The notes under the pieces were generated by a model. It was given only the letters and a program-made list of their open reading frames with translations, made no database searches and was not told the origin of the DNA. From positions 256,001-320,000 of the forward strand of contig CAVUPH010000014.1 in assembly GCA_963743305.1 (NCBI GenBank): 64,000 bases of DNA. The letters are read 5' to 3'. A program made the position numbers and the translations under genes. Below are positions 1 to 9,501 of the stretch, piece by piece (position 1 is the first letter of the stretch; every line of letters starts with the position of its first letter). This DNA comes from an uncultured delta proteobacterium. GTDB lineage: Bacteria > Desulfobacterota > RBG-13-43-22.

Positions 1-1368
1 CCCAGGGGCGACCCCCAGGCGCTGGGAGATCAATCGGCCCAGGGCGGCCAGGTTATCCAGCAACGCCCCGGTCTCGGCGAGTGCCCTCAAGTCCTGGAAA
101 GGATGGTAATTCCCACCTCCAGATTGATCATAATAAAGCGGCCTTTTAAAAAAAAGGCCCCGGATCGTTTCCTTGAAAGGCGAATCCAGCACCTCCTCCC
201 GCAGAAGGATATCCCGGTACCATTCCCCTCTGCGAATAATGGCTTCCGCCCGGAATTTCAGTTCCAAACCCAGGCTGTGCCCGGTTTGAAAAATCCGGAG
301 GAGGGGGATACGCCTCAGGATCTCCCCGGCCGATCCCAAATCATCCCGACTTAAATGACGCAGCCCCAGATCCAGGAATTGAAAGGCCTTTTGGACCGAT
401 TGGTAGATCGGCGCCGGCTCATTCACCTCCGCGCCGTCGGCCACCAAGAGGTGATTGGCCAGGTGCGCCAGTTCCCATTTGATTCGAGTGATCTCCCCTT
501 CCTCCAACCCCCGGTTCAAGGCGGCATAAAGGAAAGTCCCCTCCCCGGCGGCTTCGAGGTGACTGGGAGGATAAAAAGAGGCCTCCGGTAGCGACCGGTC
601 AGGAAATCTCTCCTTCCGGACCTGATCGCTGGGAACATACTGGTAGATTTCCAGGGCCTCATAAAACTCGGGAAAACCCCGGTCGGCCAATCGTCCCCGG
701 CGCCACTGAAGGGCGGTCTCTTCTTCTTCCAGCGGCAGGCGCAGGTGGACCCATTCCAAAAGATTCTGATAATAGAGGGGGTCATCGACACTCAGGAATT
801 TCAGAAATCGGGTTATTAGAGGCGCATCCTTTCCACTCAGAAATTGCACATAATAATAGCCGTCCAGAGTAAAACCGTTATTATCCAGGGATTCGCCTAT
901 TTCATCGTCCAGACTTTCCATTTTGACGACTCGGATCAGCTTCTGAAAAAGGGCCACGAGTAACTCGGAATCCACGGTGTCAAAAAGCTGTCTAAGTTTT
1001 TCCTCCCCGCAGGCCTCCAGCGTCTCCAGCCAAACGATGCTATTCTCCTGATTCAATTGATCTTTTTTCCAGAGGTCCAGGTCCAATAAATGGACGATTT
1101 GCTCCGGGGTGGCCAGGGAAATCAAATCAACGCTCTCCTTAATTCCCAACCCTTTGACGGTGAGGAACAGATCGGTTTCCGGGATCTGAGCCACCAGCTC
1201 CCTCGGATCGGGGGATTTCAAGATAGATTCTAGCCGCTCCTCAACGGGCAAAAAAAGAATGGCCCGGGTTTCTTCCGTTGAAGGAAAATAGCTCTGATCC
1301 ACGAAAGGAAGTTCGGCGTCAAACCCGGCGGGTTCATCGTTAACTTGATTTTTTTCTTTTTCCGGCAT
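1..1368 (-). CDS. DUF6178-family protein (3' end runs off the window)
   Basis: Not in the ORF track. Read by hand from ATG at 1368 (MPEKEKNQVNDEP...). Contains LDLDLWKKD and EEEETALQWRRGRLADRGFPEFYEALEIY, typical of this deltaproteobacterial family. Confidence 0.7.
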   Translation of the reverse strand, partial: MPEKEKNQVNDEPAGFDAELPFVDQSYFPSTEETRAILFLPVEERLESILKSPDPRELVAQIPETDLFLTVKGLGIKESVDLISLATPEQIVHLLDLDLWKKDQLNQENSIVWLETLEACGEEKLRQLFDTVDSELLVALFQKLIRVVKMESLDDEIGESLDNNGFTLDGYYYVQFLSGKDAPLITRFLKFLSVDDPLYYQNLLEWVHLRLPLEEEETALQWRRGRLADRGFPEFYEALEIYQYVPSDQVRKERFPDRSLPEASFYPPSHLEAAGEGTFLYAALNRGLEEGEITRIKWELAHLANHLLVADGAEVNEPAPIYQSVQKAFQFLDLGLRHLSRDDLGSAGEILRRIPLLRIFQTGHSLGLELKFRAEAIIRRGEWYRDILLREEVLDSPFKETIRGLFFKRPLYYDQSGGGNYHPFQDLRALAETGALLDNLAALGRLISQRLGVAPG

Positions 1369-1512
1369 AGAGAATTCTACTATAATTGAGGCCCGCCCGG
1401 TACAAAGAGAAGAAGTCCCTCAGGCCATAGACTCTTCACCGCGGTGTGAAAAACCATTTCTCCGAAATCCAGGCGGCCCCAAAGGCTTGGGTTTGGACTG
1501 CTTTACTATATT

Positions 1513-3132
1513 ATGCGTCATCTCTTCAAAGGCTGCAATAACCATCTGCTCATCTTATTGAGTTATTCCCTTTTGACTTTTCTCTTTACCTATCCTTTAC
1601 CTGTTCAAATGGGAACATCCCTTTATGGGCATGAATTGGTCGGCTTCAATGTCGACCCCTATGCCGAGATGGAACGTTTCCAAAGGGTCAAACAAACCTT
1701 TCTGGCCACCGGAAAGCTTTGGTTTTCTCCTTTTATCCACCCCCTGGTGGCAGTTCCCGGAGCACTCTTAACCGAGGCTTTTGATGAGGTTGTTGCTTTT
1801 AATCTATTACTCCTAATCAGTTTTCCTCTGGCCGGGTTTTTTACTTACCTCCTCGCGTATCAGCTTACTCAAAAACCCTTCCCTTCCTTTTTTGCCGGCC
1901 TGGTTTATTCCTTTTCCCCTTACCACTGGGTCCATGCCTATTATCATTTGAGCCTTTCTCAGATCCAGTGGTTCCCCCTCTATTTGTTGAGCCTTATTCT
2001 GTTTTCCCAAAAAAAGTCTTTTCCCCGAGGCCTCCTGGTTATGGGTTCTCTGCTCGTCCTGGTCTTGACCAACTACTATTATGCCCTCTTCGGCCTGCTC
2101 CTGACCATTCTGTTTATCCTCTATCACGGGGGGTTCCTTTATGTGAACCGGGGTCAGAAGGTTTTCCCGCACGCTTCTTTCTGGGTCCTGCTGGGAGTCT
2201 TGACTTTGGCCGGCCTGCTATTCTCATTATATTTCTATAATCATCTGGTGCTGATTTACCATAACCTGCCCTCTTTCAGCGCCCGTTACCCGGATCTCTT
2301 TCGGTACGGCTCCCGACCCTGGGGATTTATTGTCCCACCCCAAGACAACCCCTTCTTAGGCTGGATTGGAAAGAACTACATCCATTCCCGACTGGAAGGG
2401 GGGACTTTGGTCGAGCATACCTTGTACCTGGGGTTGGTCCCCCTGCTCTTGTCCATTCTGGCAGTATATAGCGGGCTCCGGGGAAAACCAAAGCCCTTCG
2501 CTCAAAGTCCTTCCTATTATCTCGGCTTTTTCGGAATCCTATTCATCTTGGCCCTTATTTTTTCCCGGCCTCCGCTGACCACCGTTGGGGGGTTGAAGAT
2601 TCCCCTGCCGGCCTACTACCTTTACCCGGTCTTCCCCATGTTCCGTTCCTATGCCCGCTTCGGCCTTTTGGCCTATCTGGCCCTGGCCCTTCTGGCGGCG
2701 GGCGGCCTCACCCTGCTCCAGACCCGTTGGCCCAAAAACTATTGGATTCCGGCTTTAGCCTTTCTTTTGCTGGTCATCGAATATGCCAATCTTCCCCCCT
2801 GGCGGTACCGGCCCATCCTCCCCACCCAAGCCCATCGGTATCTTGCTGAAAAGGTTAGGGATGTGAAAGTGGTCGATTATTTTCCACAAAAATTTTATGA
2901 CCTCCCGCCCATCCGCAAGCGGATGAACAACCATTTGCTGACGGGCCGGGAAATGGCGGCCTTTGCCCTGGTCAATCTTTCTCGGCCTGACCTCTTCCCA
3001 AGACTACGCCTCCAAGGAGTATCTTATGCCATCTTCCCTCCCGATCGCCTCGGACTTTTAGGTGAGAAAGGGCCCCCTCCGGTGATGCGTTTCCCGGATT
3101 CGGTTCTCTTCCGAATCGATCCCTTCCCTTAA
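1513..3132 (+). CDS. Polytopic membrane protein, YfhO/GT-C glycosyltransferase-like
   Basis: 539 aa with many TM helices. Motifs AGLVYSFSPYH, LYLG and FRSYARF resemble the GT-C/YfhO-like family. Confidence 0.6.
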   Translation: MRHLFKGCNNHLLILLSYSLLTFLFTYPLPVQMGTSLYGHELVGFNVDPYAEMERFQRVKQTFLATGKLWFSPFIHPLVAVPGALLTEAFDEVVAFNLLLLISFPLAGFFTYLLAYQLTQKPFPSFFAGLVYSFSPYHWVHAYYHLSLSQIQWFPLYLLSLILFSQKKSFPRGLLVMGSLLVLVLTNYYYALFGLLLTILFILYHGGFLYVNRGQKVFPHASFWVLLGVLTLAGLLFSLYFYNHLVLIYHNLPSFSARYPDLFRYGSRPWGFIVPPQDNPFLGWIGKNYIHSRLEGGTLVEHTLYLGLVPLLLSILAVYSGLRGKPKPFAQSPSYYLGFFGILFILALIFSRPPLTTVGGLKIPLPAYYLYPVFPMFRSYARFGLLAYLALALLAAGGLTLLQTRWPKNYWIPALAFLLLVIEYANLPPWRYRPILPTQAHRYLAEKVRDVKVVDYFPQKFYDLPPIRKRMNNHLLTGREMAAFALVNLSRPDLFPRLRLQGVSYAIFPPDRLGLLGEKGPPPVMRFPDSVLFRIDPFP

Positions 3133-3154
3133 CCAATATGATCGGATAAATCAC

Positions 3155-3184
3155 TTGACAGCCTTAAGCGGATCTTCCTACTAT
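3155..3184 (+). promoter_or_regulatory. Sigma70-type promoter upstream of the RRE operon
   Basis: TTGACA (3155-3160), 18-nt spacer, TACTAT (3179-3184). Confidence 0.55.
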
Positions 3185-3189
3185 CATTT

Positions 3190-3335
3190 GAACCTTGTTC
3201 GCTTGGCAGTTTAGGCTCGGGACTCGAGGTCTAGGTGCCTTTGGATAGCCCTCTCGCCGAGACCCGTCGGCCAGACCAAATAGGCGGGGGAACCCACCCA
3301 AAAAGGCGAAGCGTCATTTTATAATGCAGAGGTAA
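3190..3335 (+). ncRNA. Putative structured RNA or 5' leader, family unassigned
   Basis: Follows the promoter. Nested pairings by eye: TTCGCTT 3198-3204 with AGGCGAA 3304-3310; GGC with GCC; CGGG 3218-3221 with CCCG 3263-3266; CTCG 3223-3226 with CGAG 3258-3261. Confidence 0.25.
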
Positions 3336-3357
3336 CCCCATTTCTCAGAGACCCTTC

Positions 3358-4503
3358 ATGCCCGACTATCGACCCAGGATGGATCTGGAATCCGTACTCT
3401 TGGACGACGAATTAATGATCTTTGATCCGGTCCGCGACGAAACCCATATCTTAAACGAAACCGCTGCCGAGATCTGGCGGTTGCTGACCGAGAAAAAATC
3501 GTTGCCCGAAATATTGAATCATTTTTTCGAACACCATGGGACTGAGGACAAGGAAGACCTCCGGAAAATTCTTCAAAGTACCTTGATCCGATTTAATCAA
3601 AAAGGTCTCCTGATCCCAACAGGCCCCTCCAAGTCAAAACAAGAGAAAGACGCTGAACTTGAGGACGCCTTGTCCCGGCAGGAGCGACTGCTGTCCGAAA
3701 CCCCCGACGATCCCCTGGTACTCGGCAACCTGGGGGTTCTCTATATTCAATCGGGTCGCTGGCCGGAGGCCGAAGCGTTACTGGTTCGGGCCCGGGGGCT
3801 GGAACCGACTAATGCAGCCTTGGCCTTTAACCTGGCATCCCTTTGGCATCGCCTGGATCGGTCCGCGGAGGCCTGGGAAATACTGGAAAGAGTCGACTCC
3901 CAGCATCCCGGCAATGTTCACCTCCTGAGCCTTTCCGGAAAGATATTGACGGCCTTGCGCCGTTTGGACAGCGCCGAAGATAAATTCCTTCAAGCCTTGG
4001 CCATTAATCCGGAATTACTCAATCTGTACAATGAACTGGCTTTGGTCTACCTCCTGCTGGACCAACCGGAGGCGGCGGAAGCCCAACTCACGGCAGCCCT
4101 CAAACGATCCCAAGTTTATTCGGATACTTTCCGGAACCTGGGAAACCTCCGTTTGAAAGAAAACAATCCGAAGGCCGCGGAAGGGTATTTCCGGCAGGCA
4201 CTGGAATTAGATCCCGGAGACGTTTTGGCCCGGTATGCATTGGCCTGGATTTATTTCCAGCGGAGGGAGTTCGGCCAAGCGGTTCAGGAAGCGGAGTCCT
4301 GTCTTCAGCAAAGTCCGACCTGGCTGCTTCCCTATGAATTCTTGGTTCAGGTTTATCAAACCCGGGGAGATCGGTTCCAGGCCCTGTTGGTCTATAGCCG
4401 CGTCCGTAGGGCCGTCCCGGATTTCAGTCGGCAAGAGTTCCCTTTCCTGGCGACCCTGGAGCGGGCAGTCCTTAAAAATACCCCTGAGAATAAAAGGCGT
4501 TAA
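3358..4503 (+). CDS. PqqD-family RiPP recognition element fused to TPR repeats
   Basis: N-terminal LDDELMIFDPVRDETHILNETAAEIWRLL...FNQKGLL is a PqqD/RRE signature. The remainder is TPR repeats (LGNLGVLY, AEGYFRQALELDP). Confidence 0.85.
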   Translation: MPDYRPRMDLESVLLDDELMIFDPVRDETHILNETAAEIWRLLTEKKSLPEILNHFFEHHGTEDKEDLRKILQSTLIRFNQKGLLIPTGPSKSKQEKDAELEDALSRQERLLSETPDDPLVLGNLGVLYIQSGRWPEAEALLVRARGLEPTNAALAFNLASLWHRLDRSAEAWEILERVDSQHPGNVHLLSLSGKILTALRRLDSAEDKFLQALAINPELLNLYNELALVYLLLDQPEAAEAQLTAALKRSQVYSDTFRNLGNLRLKENNPKAAEGYFRQALELDPGDVLARYALAWIYFQRREFGQAVQEAESCLQQSPTWLLPYEFLVQVYQTRGDRFQALLVYSRVRRAVPDFSRQEFPFLATLERAVLKNTPENKRR

Positions 4504-5773
4504 TGAAACCGGCTGTTGGTTTTATCCGCCACTTGTTTCAGTATATTGCCCAAGCGGATCGGATTGAGTCCTTTCAAGAATTTCTCGGGCGTCCAGAAAA
4601 TGGGCTCTCCTGGGGGGAGCTTTTCCATCTCCTTCAAATGCAGGGCCTCGCACCTTTCACCTATTACTCCCTGCGTGCCCCCGAGTGGCAGTCCCTACTC
4701 CCGGAAACTTTCCTGGCCCGATTAAAAAATACTTTTCGGGAAACCAGCCTCCAAAATTTCTTCCTTCAGCGGGAATTGAAGCGCCTCAACGAACATTTTG
4801 ATCTAGCCCGCTTGATCGTGGTCCCCCTTAAGGGGGCCAGTCTCATCAACCGGCTCTATCCGCTGCCCGGTCTTCGCCCCATGCAGGATATCGACCTGCT
4901 GATTCATGACCGGGACTGGGAAAAGGTCAAGCGGGTTCTGCTTACCGCCGGATATCAACCCCTCTCCGATCTGCCCGAAAAATGGGTTAAGGGTTTTCAT
5001 TTTCATGCCGCCTTTATCCTGCCGGAGCGTAACTTGGTGGTGGAAGTCCACTGGAACTTGACGGATGAACATCTCCTGCCGTTTGAATCAATGGAAGACC
5101 CTCTGGGACCGGGTCTATTTTTCTGAATCCACCAGATCCTGGTTTCTGGCTGACCGGGATCAGTTTCTTTACCAATGCCTGCACCTCTATAAGCACGGGA
5201 CCTTTAATGCCGTGCTGGCTCGGCACCCGATCGCTATGATCTCCTTTTCGAACCGCTAAGCGGAAACCGCCTGATCTGGTTTCTGGATCTCTGGCTGCTG
5301 ATGAAGGGTGAACCCCATCCGGACCTGGAAGGATTGATCCGGGAGGCGCAACACTGGCAAGTGGGACCGGCCCTCCATTCCGGCCTGGTCCTGACTCAAA
5401 ACTTATTCCAGCCCCTTCCTCAGTGGACTTGGCCTTTCGAGCAACCGCTGCCCGCTATCCCACGGGCAAAGTATTTCCTGCTGGCCCGTTTAGCGGACGG
5501 GAGCGGCCAGAGAAAAACGCTGGACCCTGGACCCTGCTTAAACGGCTGCAATCCCTCGATCAGCGCCTCCATGTCCGCCCTGTCCGGGCCCTGGATATGA
5601 TTGACCGCCTCCTTCCTTCATCGGACCAGCGACGGGAGTGGTCGGTGCGGCATTCCAGACGTTGGGTCCCTTTTTTATACCTGTTCGCTTTTCTCCAAGG
5701 ATTGGGTTTTGCTTTTTCCCGGGCCTCAATCCTGATTAAAATGAAAAGATACCGGGGCCTGAAAAAAACATGA
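4503..5773 (+). CDS. Nucleotidyltransferase, NTP_transf_5-like (frameshifted across ORFs 4503-5126, 5065-5259, 5301-5600, 5423-5773)
   Basis: VPLKGASL...YP.PGLRPMQDIDLLI, VEVHWNL, LYQCLHLYKH and LIWFLDLWLL occur in successive frames. Confidence 0.8.
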
Positions 5774-6951
5774 CCCTCTCCGATCAGCTTGCCAGGGAAA
5801 AATGGGGGGCACGGGCGGGCTATCGCCGGATTTATCTTTTTTTTGGCCACCCCATCGAGTTTTTAACCGACTCCGAGCCCGATTTCAGCGACTTTGATAC
5901 CATCTACCGCCGGTTCCAAAGGGGTCCGGAACACCATTCCTTTAAAGAGGAGATAAATCCTCTTTTTCTTTTGCGTGAGCGGAAGCATTCCGGCTATCTG
6001 CTCTATTTGAATAATCGGCTCTTCCAGGTCCCTGCTCCAACTAATCGGTTAGAGCTGTTTATGTATTTGCTCAATTACCTTTTGGATCGGACAGAGAATT
6101 TCTTTATGGTACACGGGGCGGCCCTGGCGGATCTGGACCATGGACTGATTATCGCCGCCCCTTCCGGTAGGGGAAAGTCCACCTTGACCTTGGAACTCCT
6201 AACCCGGGGAAAAAAATTTCTCTCCGACGAACTGGCCTTGATTTCCGTCCAGGACGGAGGGATCCAGGCCTTTCCCCGCGCCCTGGCCGTCAGCCGGGAA
6301 AATCTGAACAACGTTTTGTCCCGGAGAGGCGAAAGATTCCGTAAATTTTTGCCGGCCCTGGGGCGGGAAGGCCGGATGATGTTCGATGTGGAGGATCTTT
6401 TCCCCGGCCAGGTGGCCACGCACTGCCAACTCCGGAATATAGTTTTTGTCGAGCCCGCGACCCTGACCAAATCGGTAGCAAGCGGCATCCCCCTGGAGAT
6501 CGGGTTCACCGCCCTTCCCGAGGGCCTGTGCCGGACAATGATGGATATTCCGGCAATAAAAAAAGTGGATCAAATCCAGGCATTGCCCTACCCCATCCTT
6601 CGCCTGACCTGTCAAGCAGAAACAGCCCTGATGGCCCAGATCCAGGAGGTAGCGGCGACGCAGGGGGTGGGGATCTGCAGTTATTACCCCGAGGGGAAGG
6701 AAGGGATCGATTACCTGGCCACCCCGGACTTGATTAAATTGAAACCCTCGTCCGGGATCACCACCCTGCTCCGCTATGTCTTAAACATCCCGGCGCTCAC
6801 CCGTTCCTTCAGCGATTCGTCCGGCGGACGTCAGCGCCTCCTGTTTCGATTGGCCCAGACCACCCGAGGCGTTCAGTTTTATCGGCTCACACCGGGAATT
6901 CTTTCCCAAATGACGGACTTGATCGATGGAATTGCCCGGAGGGCATCTTAA
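5770..6951 (+). CDS. HPr-kinase-related P-loop kinase
   Basis: VHGAAL...APSGRGKSTL...FLSDELA...AFPR motif set of HprK-related kinases. ATGA overlap with the upstream gene. Confidence 0.8.
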   Translation: MTLSDQLAREKWGARAGYRRIYLFFGHPIEFLTDSEPDFSDFDTIYRRFQRGPEHHSFKEEINPLFLLRERKHSGYLLYLNNRLFQVPAPTNRLELFMYLLNYLLDRTENFFMVHGAALADLDHGLIIAAPSGRGKSTLTLELLTRGKKFLSDELALISVQDGGIQAFPRALAVSRENLNNVLSRRGERFRKFLPALGREGRMMFDVEDLFPGQVATHCQLRNIVFVEPATLTKSVASGIPLEIGFTALPEGLCRTMMDIPAIKKVDQIQALPYPILRLTCQAETALMAQIQEVAATQGVGICSYYPEGKEGIDYLATPDLIKLKPSSGITTLLRYVLNIPALTRSFSDSSGGRQRLLFRLAQTTRGVQFYRLTPGILSQMTDLIDGIARRAS

Positions 6952-6985
6952 TGGACGGTAATGGAGGATTGTTCGCGAGGTTATC

Positions 6986-7576
6986 ATGATTGACTTCGCC
7001 GGAATCAGGGAGGAATCGGTTTCCGCCCTCCTGGCCGATTATCAGGTCCAGGGCCGGGAACAATGGTTTCCGATCCGGGGTCGAAGCATGAGACCCTTAT
7101 TACGGGAGGGGGATGAAATCCAGGTCCGTTTCTGCTTCCCGGAAAACATTCGGAAAGGGGACCTGGCCGTCTTTTGGGAAGGAAGGGTTTTGAAAGCCCA
7201 CCGGATCCTGGATATCTTCAAAACATCCCAAGACATCCTCTTTCTGGAAAAAGGAGACAGCAACCCTACCGCCAGCTATATTCCTTCTTCCCGGATCAAG
7301 GGCCTGGTTCAGGCCGTTCGGAAACCATGGGGGGTGGTTGGGTTGGATCGCGCCTGTTGGCGCTGGTGGAATCGGATGGTGTCCAGATCCGGGTATGGTT
7401 TTATCCGTGCCTTTGCTTTCTTCCCTTCCCCAGAAAAAGGAAAAACCGGTTCTCCCAGCGCTTACGGGCCATTCTGGGGATACCGGTCCTGGATCTATTT
7501 GCTCTTGTTCTTTCCTCTTTTCGAAGAAAGAATTCGAGCCTTTTTCATTTCTCGTTTTAACAGGGCGGGGAGATGA
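6986..7576 (+). CDS. S24/S26-family peptidase (signal peptidase I-like, Ser-His type)
   Basis: GRSMRPLLREGD (Ser), AHRI (His), EKGDSN. Confidence 0.85.
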   Translation: MIDFAGIREESVSALLADYQVQGREQWFPIRGRSMRPLLREGDEIQVRFCFPENIRKGDLAVFWEGRVLKAHRILDIFKTSQDILFLEKGDSNPTASYIPSSRIKGLVQAVRKPWGVVGLDRACWRWWNRMVSRSGYGFIRAFAFFPSPEKGKTGSPSAYGPFWGYRSWIYLLLFFPLFEERIRAFFISRFNRAGR

Positions 7577-8018
7577 CACAGGAGCGGTGATTGCTGGAAT
7601 TCCCATCCTGATCCTGGATGAAAAAGTCAATAGTCACCGGTATCAGCTCCGGGGCCTCCAGTATTTCAACGCATTCCCCGGATTTCCCGCTCACACATGT
7701 CTGGTCGGTCAGCGGAGCGCAAGTCGTTGAAACACCGACCCGGCCGGTTTTGGCCGGGTAAATATAGGCATAGCATTTTTTTCCCCCCACCATGTCCCCG
7801 GCAATTTTCTGCCAGTCAAACTTCACCTGTATACGGGGCAGCGTTTCCGGGCATTCATTGTTGAAAGGGACTTCGGGGTTGCAGGTGAAGGTCGTCAGTT
7901 GAGGCGGGCTGTTGGTCGGAGGTCCATACTGGGTAATAATCGGGCCGACCAAATGGTCCAAGGTTGCCTGGTTATAGCTTTGAATCTCCGGTTTCAAAAA
8001 TACTTTCTTGGATTTCAT
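7557..8018 (-). CDS. Putative RiPP-type precursor: lasso-like leader plus Cys-rich core
   Basis: Starts MKSKKVFLKPEIQSY, similar to the lasso/RRE-binding [Y/F/W]xxPxL motif. 8 Cys in the rest. RBS-like GAGGAAG upstream. Convergent with the RRE operon. Confidence 0.6.
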   Translation of the reverse strand: MKSKKVFLKPEIQSYNQATLDHLVGPIITQYGPPTNSPPQLTTFTCNPEVPFNNECPETLPRIQVKFDWQKIAGDMVGGKKCYAYIYPAKTGRVGVSTTCAPLTDQTCVSGKSGECVEILEAPELIPVTIDFFIQDQDGNSSNHRSCVISPPC

Positions 8019-8177
8019 TCTTTCTTCCTCAACGATAAAATCACCAAAGGATCTGGTTTAGGGCATTGTGACTCAACTTATTAAATATATGCTCTAAAAT
8101 CAACCGGTTGTCAATAGAAAAAACCAGCGCCCTCCCCCCATTTCAAAAAATCTCGACGATTGCAGCGGACTCCAGAT

Positions 8178-8462
8178 CTAATGGAATTTCTGTTCTCCCT
8201 GGTCGACCACCTTTATCGGGCCATATTGCCGTTCATATTTTTCCAGGTTATCCTTCAGGGCATTGATAATCCTTCTTAAATTGCTGGGGCTGACCATAAT
8301 GCGAGAGACTAAAAACGTCCCGCTGGGGGAGTTCAAGAGCCAGTCTAGGATAAACTCCTCCGGGCTGTGGGAAGCGATCAAGGAATTGCTGTAACGGCCG
8401 CGCATCATTTCGTCGCCGGTATTGATTTGGATCTGCTGAGGGGGGTTGTTCGGGTTGGTCAT
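8178..8462 (-). CDS. DUF3467-family protein
   Basis: GRYSN...HSPEEFILDW...VSRIMVSP...YERQYGPI. Start moved to ATG 8462, preceded by AAGGAGG. Confidence 0.85.
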   Translation of the reverse strand: MTNPNNPPQQIQINTGDEMMRGRYSNSLIASHSPEEFILDWLLNSPSGTFLVSRIMVSPSNLRRIINALKDNLEKYERQYGPIKVVDQGEQKFH

Positions 8463-8608
8463 GGTGGCCTCCTTAATATAACCACTAAATTTTGTTAGCA
8501 TATGCTTTTATTACCTGATAAAAAAGAAAAAACGTTTATCCACCCTTCTTACCTGCGGTGAGGTCCTCGGTCTTTTCCGCGGCTATCGCCGATGAGCTTA
8601 TCTTAACC

Positions 8609-9499
8609 ATGCGACTCCGGCACCTTGTCGATTACCTGAAGTTGTTACGAATTCATCATTATGTCAAGAATGCTTTTATCTTTCTGCCGCTTTTTTTTGC
8701 CGGTGAATTTTTGTTGGTAGACTCCCTTATTTTAAATTTGCGCGCTTTTTTTGTCTTTTCTCTCGTTGCCAGCTCTATTTACATTTTTAACGACCTAAAG
8801 GATCTTCAGGAAGATCGCGAACATCCGACAAAACGACTGAGACCTCTGGCCAGCGGAGTTATTTCTCAATCGGCGGCCTGCCTTACCATGGCACTTTTGA
8901 TCAGCTTAGGGTTGGGTCTTTCCGCCTACTGGTTTCATTTTGATTTTCTGGCTTTAATTGTCTTTTATTTGATCATCAATATGGGTTACTCCCTAAAGTT
9001 GAAACATGTGCCCCTAGTGGATATAACGATCATCGCCTTCGGTTTCGTTATCAGACTTTTCGTCGGTTCAGTAACGGCCAAAGTGCCCTTGACCTTCTGG
9101 ATCATCACCCTGACCTTTCTACTCGCCTTGTTTCTCGGTTTCGCCAAAAGAAGGGATGATATCCTGATTTATAACCGCAGCCACAAGAAAACAAGAAAGA
9201 GCTTAGACGGGTATAATCTGGAATTTGTAAACGCAGGAATGGTGGTGGTTGCCGGAACAATGATCGTTTCCTATTTTATGTATACCCTATCGCCGCAGAC
9301 GATCTCAAAATTGGGCACAGATAAGCTCTATCTGACAACCCTATTCGTTATCCTAGGTACGCTAAGGTATCTCCAAAAAAGCTTCGTTGAAGAAGAGAGT
9401 GGATCCCCGACAAAGATATTACTGAAGGACTTTTTTTTGCAGACCACGATTTTCCTGTGGTTATTCTCCTTTACGGTAATCCTTTATCTGAGGCGGTAG
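8609..9499 (+). CDS. UbiA-family prenyltransferase, decaprenyl-phosphate phosphoribosyltransferase-like
   Basis: LRIHHYVKNAFIF, NDLKDLQEDREHPTKRLRPLASG, YSLKLKH...D, KRRDD. Confidence 0.85.
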   Translation: MRLRHLVDYLKLLRIHHYVKNAFIFLPLFFAGEFLLVDSLILNLRAFFVFSLVASSIYIFNDLKDLQEDREHPTKRLRPLASGVISQSAACLTMALLISLGLGLSAYWFHFDFLALIVFYLIINMGYSLKLKHVPLVDITIIAFGFVIRLFVGSVTAKVPLTFWIITLTFLLALFLGFAKRRDDILIYNRSHKKTRKSLDGYNLEFVNAGMVVVAGTMIVSYFMYTLSPQTISKLGTDKLYLTTLFVILGTLRYLQKSFVEEESGSPTKILLKDFFLQTTIFLWLFSFTVILYLRR

Positions 9500-9501
9500 G
9501 A

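Noticed and set aside
103-791. Short ORFs 103-354, 355-591 and 516-791
   Set aside because: They overlap the DUF6178-like gene on the other strand or in another frame.
3358-8018. Canonical lasso peptide or PQQ biosynthesis cluster
   Set aside because: No lasso cyclase, B2 protease or PqqB/C/E genes, and the putative core is far too long for a lasso peptide.
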